Source: Macrostomum hystrix (lineage: Eukaryota; Animalia; Platyhelminthes). Taken from it: a stretch of DNA of 64,000 nucleotides. The translations under genes were made by a program, and so were the position numbers. The stretch lies in NCBI GenBank assembly GCA_950097015.1, contig CATNEN010000005.1, positions 1,116,001 to 1,180,000 of the forward strand, in the 5' to 3' direction. Below are positions 48,301-59,780 of the stretch, piece by piece. Each line of letters starts with the position of its first letter. Position 1 is the first letter of the stretch. The notes beneath the pieces were generated by a model, which ran no database searches, had not been told where the DNA came from, and saw nothing but the letters and a program-made list of their open reading frames with translations.

Positions 48301-51300
48301 GATCCGGAGAAATGTGTCGTCATTGGCAACCCAAAACTGCCAAAGCAGTGAGTGTAGATTGAGTCTAGAAAATAATATATTTTCAGATAATCTGGGGTTA
48401 ACTAATAAATTACTCGTACCCTGCAAACAAACAGCTTAACAGTGGACGGAGAGCCTTGGACAACTGTGAGTCACATGCAGCAGGCTCACACTGAGCTGCT
48501 CCGTGTTGGCGAAATGTGCGAAGTGTGCCCGATTGAGGGAGAGGCCGCTACCAAGGAGATCTTTCTCAAGGAGCTGCAGTCAGCCACTGTTATGCACATT
48601 GGTATGTATTTTTCTACCTTTGATAACGAAAATTTTTTAAGTCCAGGGTAAAAACCAGAAAAACACTTAATACGTTCGATGAATCAATCAATGTACATTA
48701 GGGAAGGAAAGTTAGGCAAGCAGGTCTGTGTTTGATGAATCAGTCAATGTACATTGGGGAAGGAAATAGGGTCGAGTAGGATTGTGTTTGATGATTCACT
48801 CAGTGTACATTGGGGAAGGAAATTTTGGCTGGCAGGCCTGTATTTGATGAATCAGCCAATGTAAATTGGGGAAGGAAAGTTAGGCTGGCAGGCCTGTATT
48901 TGATAAATCAGTCAATGTACATTGAGGAAAGAAAGTTAAGCTGACAGGCCTGTGTTTGATGAGTCATTCAATGTACATTGGGTTAAGGAAAGTTAGGCGG
49001 ACAGGAGTGTGTTTAAATAATCAGCCTTAATTAACTAGGAGCTGAAAGGAATGTTTTTGATAGCTCGTACATGTATTGCGCTACTAAATTTAGGCAAAAA
49101 TGTGAAACGAAAACCCATTTCAGCAACTTACGCCTGCTTGAAACGCGGCTATCTGGCTCTGTCGCCGAATCCCAATCGTCAGCGTCTAAAAATGGACGGT
49201 CAATCAACGACAACAAAGAACGCAGGTGACAGCGCTCCGGATGCCGATGAGCAGTGCTACCTGGTGACGCCGCGCGATTTGCTCCAGTGTGGTCGTCTAA
49301 GAGCAGGTGAGTTTTGAAAACTGTTTGCGTCATTTGCGTCAAAACCAGTACACAATTTTGGACAAATTTATGCCAAATTTTCAGGCCTCATCGTTCTGAG
49401 CTGCGGCTGGGCAACCACTATCGCTCCTACAAAGGCCTCTAAAAGTCAAGACGTCGATTCCAACGATTCAACAGAGGAAGAAGACTCCCTGCTGCCCAAT
49501 CTTCTGCTGTCTCTGGGCGCTCAGTGTGTTCTCTGCCTGGCCTGGCCTTTGCCTGGCAAAGCTCTGGCGGAGTTCTGGCACCGTTTCTACCTGGCCCTGC
49601 AATGGGGCGAAGCCAGCGTTGGCACTGCGGTGCGCTCTGGACTGAGCGGCCTAGCCGAGACTGAAGAGTGAGTGAACGGTGCTCAAGACTGGCATGTCTC
49701 GTTTTTTAAACGGATATTTCCACTTTAAGTTGTGAATTAAGCTTCATTTTTATCACTACATTCAATTATTCAACACGGTGTGTTTGTCCTCGTCAGGCAG
49801 TGTACACTCTCGCTGTGTCTTTTGGGTTAGCCTTTATAAGCGTAAATTGCATGACAATCTCCCAAGCTTTCACTTCGCGACGCGGAATCGAGCTCAGGGA
49901 CGTTGTAGCGAGAAGCAAACGTGTTAGACCGCTCTACCACTCACCCCCCACACAGCTGTAAAATCACTACCGGTATTATAGGTTAGCTGGGCATTGCGAT
50001 CCCTTGTTAAACTGATTAAAGTACTTCAAGTAGTGTATCTAAATATTATTATCAATTAGGTACAACCATCGCAAAAGTACGAAAAACATGCTTTTCAACA
50101 GGTTTTCCGGCCCGGGTATTCAAGGCGCAGTTCGACTTTACGGAAAAGATGCCATCATCAATCTCGCCGACATTCGGTCTGCTCAACTGTCGCAGACTAT
50201 CGACTCCGTGGAAGCTGAAGAAGGAGCCAGACAGATGCTAAACGATGATGACGACAAGGAGAAATGTAAGTTGTGCCTGTTTCTTCACATTTTAGGTGAT
50301 GCTTGACACCCCAGCCCATTAACGGATAATGTGAGATTTCTCCGCTTTTTCTAAACAAGATTCAAGATACCCTGGCTAATTATAGGAATTTTGGAATTTC
50401 CCCTACCAAAAAATCAATGATGTGGGAATTCCTCAGTCTATTTATTGATAAGTTTGAATTTCAGCTGTCTATTTATATATTGCTGGGAATTTCACAATTT
50501 ATGAAATTTGCTAGTACGCAAATCCATTGCGTACTATATGAAAACTATTTTTATAAGCCTACTCATATCTTATACGCCACCTTACTCAAAGTGAAACAGC
50601 CAAAGGACACGGAAGAGGAAATCTTTGTTCTGGAGAAGGAGGGTAATGCTATTCTGAAAATAAAGAATGCCTTTTTTCTTTTCCATAGATTTTCCGCAAT
50701 GCTGATGGTATATGATCCCCCATTGATGCTAAAATTAGCAAAAATTATCGCGTACACGCACATGTTGCCCATAGACGATCGACCTTGAATGTTAGAGATA
50801 GAAACGCTTTTGTATAGCACGCTTGGACAGCGTGCACATTGTATTCTGCCCGAGCGGTCACCAACAGATAAATTTTGTGACAGCCTCTTATGTCTGTGAC
50901 CCAAATAAACGGGGTAACTATAGATTTTATTGCATTGTATTTAATAGGATAACTTTAATATGATAGCTATAATAATATAGATAGCAATAATTAGAACAAT
51001 AAAAAGGTTAAGGACAATATAAGCAAAACATGAGGAAGCAAAAGAATGTGAACAGGTTTGGTATTGCAAGCAAGTTTATCAATGCTTTCTAAATGTTGCG
51101 CAACTGTCAGTTTTAAGGAATGTTCCTTGACGTCACAGATGTCAGAAAACAGTTTCGTAACAGCTCCAGTACTCAGGGTCCAGTGGAAAAGTGCAGGTGG
51201 AATGCACAGTTGCAAAATGTCCCATTGATGGCGGAACTCATCGCATGCATGCTGGCTTGAATCGTACGGTCCAGGTCAGGATTCGACGGCCCAGGCTGGT

Positions 51301-54300
51301 CAGGAGTCGTCATTGCACCAGCCCCAACAGAGGGTCTTGCGTCAGGCAAGGTGATTGATGCGACTGCCTTGGTATTGTCATTGCGTCCGATGGAACTGAT
51401 GACGCTTGACAAATTTGCCATTTCAGCATCGCGCTTCCGACCGTGCCGAAGGTAGCGCTCAGTGGCAGTCACGGACTTATGGCCAGTAATTGATCCAATG
51501 TCCTTGAGGGGTACACCATTTGCGTCGAGTTCAGTCACCACAGTAGTCCGGATGCAGTGTCCTGTGTACCTCTTGGTAAGCGCAGCAGCAGCAGAAATAT
51601 CGGACATCATATTTCCGAGCGTGTTGTGGCCAACAACCTGCTTTGCAAAGACCAAGAACTAATCCACGTGTGCGTGGGCGTAGAAAGAAATGCGCGCTGT
51701 TGACATTCTCCTTGGACTTGGCCTCACCGATTTTCGTCATGTTGGTAACCAGCGCAGCATGGGGCAACTAGCATTTCCAGTCTCAGCAAGCACCGACTGT
51801 TTCCTGTCTTCGCTAGTCTTCATCTCCAGGCTGCCGCGAACATTTTTGGTTTCCATAGGAACGGGCTTAAAAGCTCGGCGACCGTTGATTGAATAATAAT
51901 AATAATTAATAATAATAATTGATTACACCTGCCCCAATTGGGTCAGATGTGCAGCCGACAGCACAGCCGCAGCTAATGCGCGGCGCATCTGAAGGCTGCG
52001 TACGGCTGTTCAGTCCACGGACTGGGGGGACGCCACACCCACCTTCAATTATCCCAGCTGATGCTGGTACCCATTTAACAGCTGGGTGAACTGAAGCAAT
52101 GCAGAGTTAAGTGTCTTGCTAAAGGACACAAATTGTTCAGTGGAGTCGGGAATCGAACCCCCGATTGAAATTCTCTCAAAGGATTCCATGGAAAGCTTAC
52201 GAAGCCATTCGCGTCCTCGTAGTCCGAAGTGAAGCGCGATGAGATAGTAGACTTCGTGCTGTAGTTTTGTGGGAGTGGTACGATCGAAGTAGTAGCGTAG
52301 TTTCTCTAGATCGCCCATAGACAGCCTTAGCGGTCATCAATCAAAATTCGAATTGGTGACCGCTGAAAGGCGTAGACTAAAACAAGCTAGCTAGCTGCAT
52401 TGATTTGATTCGTTCGTTCTGATTGGTGACCGCAAACGTGATTCTTTTTAGAAGCACGCTTTCGGACATAATACAATGCCAAAGAAGACTGGCTATTTGC
52501 GCATCAATGTCTGTGACCGAGGGCGCTGATGCCCGCATAGCCGGTCTTCTTTACACCATTGCTCGACCTTGACGTTTTAAAATAGATAACCCTGCCCCAA
52601 TGCTTTCTGTTTTCATTTGGCACGCGTGAAGGGCGTGCACATTGATCGACCTTGAAGGTTAAAAAAAGAATTGCTTTATTTTTAATAGCACACTATATAT
52701 ATTTAAGGGCGTTCACATCAACCTAAAATGTTGATTAAGTTGTTGATTAAAATGCACAGAAAAAATAGTTTATTGCTAGATGAGTTTTAATTAGAGCACT
52801 TTTCGATGCTGTACGTAGTATTATTATTATGAGGCATCATTAGTTGTTAGTTATTGTTGCAGCATGAACTGATAAACAGTTATGAGTAATGATTATTAAT
52901 TACTCGTTCACAAATATTCATTTACTAATATTTTTCGTGCAAAAGTTTCTTTGTTCAATCGATTAGTTTAATTTGCAAACCTTTCGTCAGAGACGTTAAA
53001 ATGCTATTTTAGCTACTTATTAAAGCTTACTAAAGATAGTAGTATAGATATTTAAATAAAATTCTAATCTCCTACGGATTCCTTAATTAATCCAGTTCCA
53101 AAGGAGGCCGCTCTGATGTATGAGGTGCAAAGTCTAGTGTCAGCTGTGCTGCAGGGCAACAAACAACATCCGGGATGTTTGGAGCAAATCTCGTCTTTGG
53201 TGAGTGAACTGGTTGAATTAGGGACACGAAAAAAGGATCCATGTACAGATAACCTCAGACACGAACTCCCGGCCATTTCAGCTGGACGGAGCTCTGAAGC
53301 GCCTGTTTCTAGGAAATCCCGGCAAAGCCAATCGTCGCCTGCCAGACTGCCTGGCTGAATTCCCTGCCGCTAGTCGCCTGCTCCGCTTTCTCGGCTTCCA
53401 CTTTCAGCCAGACTTCGAAGACACGCCCAGACAGCTAGTTGTGTTTCCGCACTGGGACAGGGACGGCCTACTGCTGCCAGCCTACCATGTGTTTGCCAGC
53501 CTGCTGACCATTGTGCCTCATCCGGGCTTAACAGAGGCGCTGTTTGAACTGTTGCCAACTAGCCAGGAGAAGATCTCCTACCTTGTCGACCTGCTGGCGA
53601 TAACCAAGCACGCCGAGGATCTTCAAGTCAAACAGTCCGATCTAACTGTTCGAGTTCTACTAGGCCAGCCCAAGACTCTGGCTCTGATTAGGCAGCTGGG
53701 CTTTGTGGAGCTGGGAAAATTTTTGTACTTTTCCAAGACTAACGAAAGAAGGTCAGTATCATGCCTGTTAGACAGGGTTGTCTACCTGTAATTAGACAGA
53801 GTTGTCTACCTGTAATCAGACAGGGTTGTCTACCTGTAATTAGACAGCGTTATCTACCTGTAATTAAACAGCGCTATCTACCTGTAATTAGACAGCGTTA
53901 TCTACCTGTAATTAGACTGCGTTATCTACCTGTAATTAGACTGCGTTGTCTACCTGTAATTAGACAGCGTTATCTACCTGTAATTAGACAGCGCTATCTA
54001 CCTGTAATTAGACAGATTTATCGTCGTGTTGAACAGAGTTATCTACGTGTTAAGGCTTTGAAGTCATGCATGGTGATCATTATGGCCAACACTCGGGACT
54101 TATTTCAAACATTTCATTTCAGAGCACTGCTTAACTCGTGCCTGCAACTGCTCATCGCCCTGTCGACTCACAAGAGTCCTAGTCTGGTGCACAAGCTGGA
54201 TCCGGAGTTGCTAGGCAATCGTCGGGCTGAATTAGCCGCTGCTCAGTATCAGCCAATGAGAGAATTGAGCAGATTGTCTACCCTGGAGCCAGTGCTGCTG

Positions 54301-55681
54301 CCCAGGAATCAGGTATGAACTTGTTTAATCCCTTTTAGAGTAGTTTCGAAACATATCGGATAAAAATCTAGTAAAAAATAACTTACGTCCTTCCAAGTTT
54401 GTTGTTTTCGATACCAATAAACTCTATGGTAAAAAATTGGTTAAAAAATTCCGATGGATATCGGCTCTAGAGTTTACGATGGATTTTTCTATACATATCG
54501 CCATTAAAGTAAAAAAATCGTTTCTCGACACTTCTTGTTTGAAATTTTCAAAGGTGTGTGTCCTTAAACTGAGTGAAAAGAAAATTTTCTGAATTTGCAT
54601 AAAATTCAGACAGCATTTTCCAAACAGCATTTTCCAAACATATCGGATTTAAACTCGAGAAAATCAAAACTTTCTTACTTATGGATTTTTTTCGACACTG
54701 ATTCCAGTCGACGAGAAAAAAGCTGGACATAAGGTTTGAATGTAAGAAAAATTGAAATGTTTTATTAATCAAGTAAATATCACAATTCTGTAGAAATATA
54801 CCAGTCACAAAATTTCGGTTCACAATTATAAAGGACACAGTCATTGCAGTTATAACTGACCCGCTAACCAAAGTTTGCTGAAACCTTTTAAACATGTCCC
54901 ATCACGATTTTAAATCGAATATCAGAATTATCGCTTCACCGCGAGCGCCTGGCTTAGCGGTAACGCGTCCGACTCGCACACCGAAGGACCCGGGTTCGAA
55001 TCCGCAGCGAGGCCATATTATTTAAGGAGGTAGGCGCAGCCGCGAGAAGAAGGCCCATTAGGGCCAAACCCAAATGTACAGTAACAGAGAGTGCGCCGAG
55101 TTTTACAGATTATACAGGTTCAGTGGAATGTATGTTAAAATTGCATTCATCATCGTCATTCCTAAAATCAGTTACGCATGGCCACACCATGGATGACACT
55201 GATGGAGACTGCCGACGAGATGGCCGAGAAGATGCTGCTATCTAGAGCCCACAGCGACATCGAGCGACACGTCCTGGCCGCTGTCAGGCGAACTAGAACC
55301 TGGCAGCTGGAAGGACTCAAAGCTACCGCTGCGGTGGCGGCGGATTCGGCTAACGGTGAGAGGCGGACGAGACAACGCACTTTCTACAGCAGCAGCAGCA
55401 GCAGCAGCGGCGGCCAAGGACAAGTTAGAGAAACTACAGCAAGCATCAACGAAGAACAACTAACAGACAAGCAGCAGCAATTGGTCAAGGTGAAAGTGAA
55501 GCCTGGCGGGACACCCGCCTGCACCAGATACCCAGTTGACTACAAGCCAGCCCAGACACTGCCCCAGGTGGCCGAGAAGCGAGCGCAGGCCCACCGGGTG
55601 GTCGAAGAACGACTCAAAGAGATTAGCGACAGACGCGAGGCTAAACTAAAAGAATTATTCCTGCCTTACATTCACAGTTGA
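42323..55681 (+). CDS. TTC28-like TPR + CHAT-domain protein with a C-terminal extension, about 18 exons
   Basis: In-phase exons include 42323-42379, 42468-42677, 43241-about 43419, about 43828-44038, 44131-44637, about 45106-45447, about 45757-46098, about 46288-46640, about 47321-47810, 48016-48347, 48434-48601, 49124-49306, 49385-49667, 50102-about 50266, 53096-53199, 53251-53751, 54123-54312, 55172-55681. TPR helices; ALLASEAARRR; LYRMLL..L.AIPF; VVIGNPKLP; ATKE; LLRFLGFHF; VFPHWD. Confidence 0.82.
42710..43160. repeat. Dimeric minisatellite (about 111-bp period)
   Basis: ctcttcgctgattggcta...tttgttcttt.caactc with alternating variants. Confidence 0.92.
44690..44960. repeat. 18-19-bp pyrimidine-rich minisatellite
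   Basis: Unit tctctttctacccctgcg. Confidence 0.92.
45519..45648 (+). mobile_element. SINE-A 5' portion
   Basis: gttgtagcctggtggttagagcgacggactc...ggttcgattcccgactccactggaacaatt. Confidence 0.88.
46120..46260 (+). mobile_element. Internally deleted SINE-B in a short intron
   Basis: tRNA-like head gagtggtctaacac...gagctcg.ttcc joined to ctggctgcgggtctagtgtcac. Confidence 0.6.
47005..47185. repeat. Degenerate tandem repeat of about 38 bp
   Basis: cagcctagttttcta.cctcaaatgtaca. Confidence 0.8.
48670..49030. repeat. Degenerate tandem repeat of about 58 bp
   Basis: gatgaatcagtcaatgtacattggggaaggaaagttagg...ggcctgt.ttt. Confidence 0.85.
49780..49950 (-). mobile_element. SINE-B 5' half with tRNA-like head
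   Basis: Reverse strand reads gtgagtggtagagcggtctaacacg...gagctcgattcc...gagagtgtacactgcctgacgagg. Confidence 0.75.
51173..52318 (-). mobile_element. Crypton-type tyrosine-recombinase transposon relic
   Basis: LQHEVYYLIALHFGLRGRE; TKNVRG; CP; GHNTLGNMMSDIS...YTGHCIRTT...ITGHKS...ERY; G.FCNC.F tail. Two apparent frameshifts plus a SINE insertion. Confidence 0.85.
51894..52162 (-). mobile_element. 5'-truncated SINE-A inserted in the Crypton ORF
   Basis: Near-identical reverse copy of 23230-23487; 7-bp TSD gattgaa (51887-51893 and 52163-52169). Confidence 0.93.
53765..54020. repeat. 24-bp minisatellite
   Basis: Unit cctgtaattagacagcgttatcta. Confidence 0.93.
54941..55015 (+). other. tRNA-like sequence (pseudo-tRNA or head of a third SINE family)
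   Basis: A box tggcttagcgg and B box ggttcgaatcc at tRNA spacing, but the acceptor stem does not pair in the standard register. Confidence 0.6.
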
Positions 55682-56324
55682 TCTACTTATAGCTTTGCTC
55701 TGATTTAGTCTATGGCTAAAATCTATTGAGAAACTCTGCTACAAAACTCCTTCCTCATATACGAGTACACTACTAAGTGTTTGTGTACACCGCATGATGT
55801 TATAAAAGGCTAGTGTATAAGAGTTTTTTTAAAGTAATAAAGATCTATTTTATCTTGTACTCTTACTTCGAATGTCGAAAAAAATATTTTTTTTTCAGTA
55901 CAAAAATAAAACTAACGATGAAAAATACACATTTATTTTTTGTTATCTTCGATAAAATCACTATATCTTTGTTTTAAACAGAAACAGTTAAACTACCCCT
56001 ATTTAATTTAATGTTAACTAGTAAAAATGGAATGTGCATATTTCACAGTATTACCTAAGCAGACAAAAGTTTTATTAGATTTCAAGCAAGTATTACATGC
56101 CACAATTGAAAAAGTATTAAGTAAAATTCTTGCATTCATTGTAGTTATTAACAACATTCGACTGTATATGAAACCTATTCGTTTTATCAAAAAGAGCCAC
56201 AAGACAAACCACTAGTTATGCAGAGATATTGAGTAGACTTGTCAAGTCTCGTCAGGTCAACTTGTCACTTGAAAATGTAGTGATTCAAGGCTTCGCCAAG
56301 ACAATCAAAAGCCTGTCACCGGCC

Positions 56325-56395
56325 TTGCGCAATAGCTGCTTCTGTGCTGTCGGCTGCACATCTGGCCCAACTGAGGCAGGTGTAATAAATAATTT
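56325..56395 (+). mobile_element. SINE-A 3' tail fragment
   Basis: gcgcaatagctgcttctgtgctgtcggctgcacatctggcccaa.t..ggcaggtgtaat. Confidence 0.8.
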
Positions 56396-56457
56396 AAGTA
56401 GCTAAGTGAATCTCAAAGCAAATCACTTCGGTGTTTCCAATCGCGAAGTCACCAATT

Positions 56458-58202
56458 TCAAAAGAAACTGACGCCCGGCGATCCACCGACGACGCCGTCC
56501 ATGGCGCGCACAATGGCATCGCCGATGACGTCGGGTTCGGCCATTGCGCCTAGTCCAACCTCTCCGCACATCAGTGTCTTGGCTACAACTGGTACTTCAA
56601 TGAAATTTAAGGTGCTTTTCAATACGGCCACGTGTTTGGCAGTCAGTGGATGCTGATACATGGCAGTGTTCATTGCCAGTGCGAATAGAACAGGACGATG
56701 AAAATTTCCGACCGGCCAAGCTCTGGCTATGCAGGTGAGCAGATTGTCGCAGAGGCCGTTAGCCACCTTGGCCAAGGTGTTGGCGTCTAAAGGCGCTAGG
56801 ATGAGAGCGTCAGCCCAATTGCGCAGGTCAATGTGAACAACTGGATCACCGCGAGACTGAAAGTGAAACATTAATTCAACAGAATTCAAAGAATTCAAAT
56901 TAATTTCAAAGAAATTTTTCTTTAAAAGTATTTGAAAAGTTTCACTAACTGATTACTCAACTGTTTTTGATGGTACAGTAAATGTTCCTCTGAAGTTTTA
57001 GTCATCGTTACTTTAAAATGTTTAGTGGATGGTTCCTGAAGGTTCAGCAGGTTTTCTGTAGGTTCAGTGGTGGGATCCTGAAGGTTTAGTGGTGAGATCC
57101 TGAAGGTTCAGTGGTGGGATCCTGAAGGTTGAGTGGTGAGATCCTGAAGGTTCAGTGGTGGGATCCTGAAGGTTTAGTGGTGAGATCCTGAAGGTTCAGT
57201 GGTGGGATCCTGAAGGTTGAGTGGTGAGATCCTGAAGGTTCAGTGGTGGGATCCTGAAGATTTAGTGGTGAGATCCTGAAGGTTCAGTGGTGGGATCCTG
57301 AAGGTTCAGTGGTGGGATCCTGAAGGTTCAGTGGTGGGATCCTGAAGGTTCAGTGGTGGGATCCTGAAGGTTTAGTGGTAGGATCCTGAGGGTTCAATTG
57401 TGGGATCCTGAAGGTTCAGTGGTGGGATCCTGAAGGTTCAGTGGTGGGATCCTGAAGTTTTAGTGGTAGGATCCTGAGGGTTCAATTGTGGGATCCTGAA
57501 GGTTCAGTGGTGGGATCCTGAAGGTTTAGTGGTAGGATCCTGAGGGTTCAATTGTGGGATCCTGAAGGTTCAGTGGTGGGATCCTGAAGGTTCAATTGTG
57601 GGATCCTGAAGGTTCAGTGGTGGGATCCTGAAGGTTCAGTGGTGGGATCCTGAAGGTTTAGTGGTAGGATCCTGAGGGTTCAATTGTGGGATCCTGAAGG
57701 TTCAGTGGTGGGATCCTGAAGGTTCAGTGGTGGGATCCTGAAGGTTCAGTGGTGGGATCCTGAAGGTTTAGTGGTAGGATCCTGAAGGTTCAATTGTGGG
57801 ATCCTGAAGGTTTATTGGTGGTATCCTGAAGGTTCAGTGGAAGGATGGCTGAAGGTTGAGAGGAATGAATAAGTTTTTCACCTGCCATGATGACCACTCG
57901 TCAGAATCCTTCCACACTCGAGTCACAGCCAGCGGCATCGGTCGATCAGCTCGCTCTAAAAAGTGCTCAGCAGATCTGGTGGACACAACTGCAACATCGA
58001 AGCCTCTGTCTAGCAGGCACTGGCACAGCTGTGGCACTTTAATGGTCGCAACACTGCCTGTGCAGCCAACAATGACGCGGCGCTTCCTTTTGACTGTCTG
58101 ACTGGCCACAGATTCAGCGACAGGCAGGGACAATGAGGGAGACGGTTGTCCTTCAGAGGACTGATCGTTTGAGGCCTGCAACACGAGGCACAGGCGGGCC
58201 AT
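56458..58202 (-). CDS. PPCDC: Phosphopantothenoylcysteine decarboxylase (HFCD flavoprotein), 2 exons
   Basis: Exons 58202 (start uncertain)-57882 and 56856-56458. GCTGSVATIK; DSDEWSSWQ|SRGDPVVHIDLRNWAD; APLDANTLAK; CDNLLTC; LMCGEVGLGAM. Confidence 0.92.
57050..57840. repeat. 22-bp minisatellite in the PPCDC intron
   Basis: Unit cctgaaggttcagtggtgggat. Confidence 0.97.
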
Positions 58203-58214
58203 TAATTGGAAACT

Positions 58215-58730
58215 TTTTAAGATTTGGAGGAAGATTCCCTGAAGATTTGGAGGAAGATTCACTGAAGATTTGGAGGAAGATTCCCTGAAGATTTGGAGGA
58301 AGATTCCCTGAAGATTTGGAGGATGATTCCCTGAAGATTCCCTGAAGATTCTTTGAAGATTTGGAGGAAGATTCCCTGAAAATTCAGTAGATTCCCTGAA
58401 GATTTGGAGGAAGATTCCCTGAAGATTCAGTAGATTCCCTGAAGATTCTCTGAAGATTTGGAGGAAGATTCCCTGAAGATTCAGTAGATTCCCTGAAGAT
58501 TCCCTGAAGATTCAGTAGATTCCCTGAAGATTCCCTGAAGATTCTCTGAAGATTTGGAGGAAGATTCCCTGAAGATTCAGTAGATTCCCTGAAGATTTGG
58601 AGGAAGATTCCCTGAAGATTCAGTAGATTTCCTGAAGATTTGGAGGAAGATTCCCTGAAGATTCAGTTGATTCCCTGAAGATTCCCTGAAGATTTGGAGG
58701 AAGATTTCCTGAAGATTCAGTAGATTCATG
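58215..58730. repeat. Composite minisatellite
   Basis: gattccctgaa, gatttggaggaa and gattcagta subunits in mixed order. Confidence 0.93.
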
Positions 58731-59429
58731 AAACTACGAGTACTCGTACTTGGTAATGCCCTGAAACTTTTCCTGAAGATTTATTTAAGGAAGGTCGTAA
58801 TTGAATTTCAACAACAAATTGAAAGAAATATGAAGGACGATTGACCGCTTCATGAGCAGAGCACGCAAAATGGAGTGCTCAAAAATTAGTTTTTAGACTA
58901 AAATGGTTGCCCATGTGTAACACTTATGAATCCAATGGATGATAATTCTCATTGTATTTAAAACCAACATACTGTTTCATTGATTAATTGATGGAAAGCA
59001 GCAAACATTTTTGTTGGTTTAACGTATGACATTTACGCGAGCTGTACACACACACACACATTAAAACATTCTAATTAAAAAAATAAATTTAATTTAAAAA
59101 AGTTAAACTGTAAATTGTACTTGTATTTTGAAAAGTTGGAAAATGTATAGCTACAGATTATTAGATGAATACATTAAGTGCATAGGAAACAAATTGAAAG
59201 GAAAGATAATTTTCACAGGGATGAAAACTTTATAGAAATTTTGTAACGGACAGTTACAACGGACAGTAAGGGATAATGATTTATTACTTTTGTAGCAATC
59301 ATAAGATCATTATTTTTAATTAAAATGCAACACGTCCACAAATATACGAATATTTCATGACCATGTCTTTCACGTGTCTGGGATCATTACATTCTTTTTA
59401 TTCGAGATAGTGTCTGAGTTTGTAATTAT

Positions 59430-59660
59430 CCTTATTTCCTCAGGTGTACTAGAAAGTAATTATCCTTATCTATTCAGGTGTCCTAGAAAGTAATTAGCCT
59501 TATCTATTCAGGTGTACTAGAAAGTAATTATCCTTATCTATTCAGTTGTCCTAGAAAGACATTATCCTTATCTTTCCAGGTGTGCTAGAAAGTAATTATC
59601 GTTATCTCCTCAGGTGTAAAAAATAATTACCCTTATCTTTCCAGGTGTCAAAATAAGGTA
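59430..59660. repeat. Degenerate tandem repeat of about 38 bp
   Basis: gaaagtaattatccttatctattcaggtgtacta. Confidence 0.85.
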
Positions 59661-59780
59661 ATTACACTTCTTTTGAGTTTTTCTTACAGTTTCCCTCAGT
59701 CATATATTGTTAGTAGCAATAAATAAGTATGCAAATTTGCAGTTAATAAGCAGTCACAAAATGTGAGTCAACAAATTAAT

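Noticed and set aside
50417-50904. ORFs of 123 and 113 aa next to the Crypton
   Set aside because: AT-rich, start at non-conserved positions and carry no recognisable motif; probably element 3' or intron sequence.
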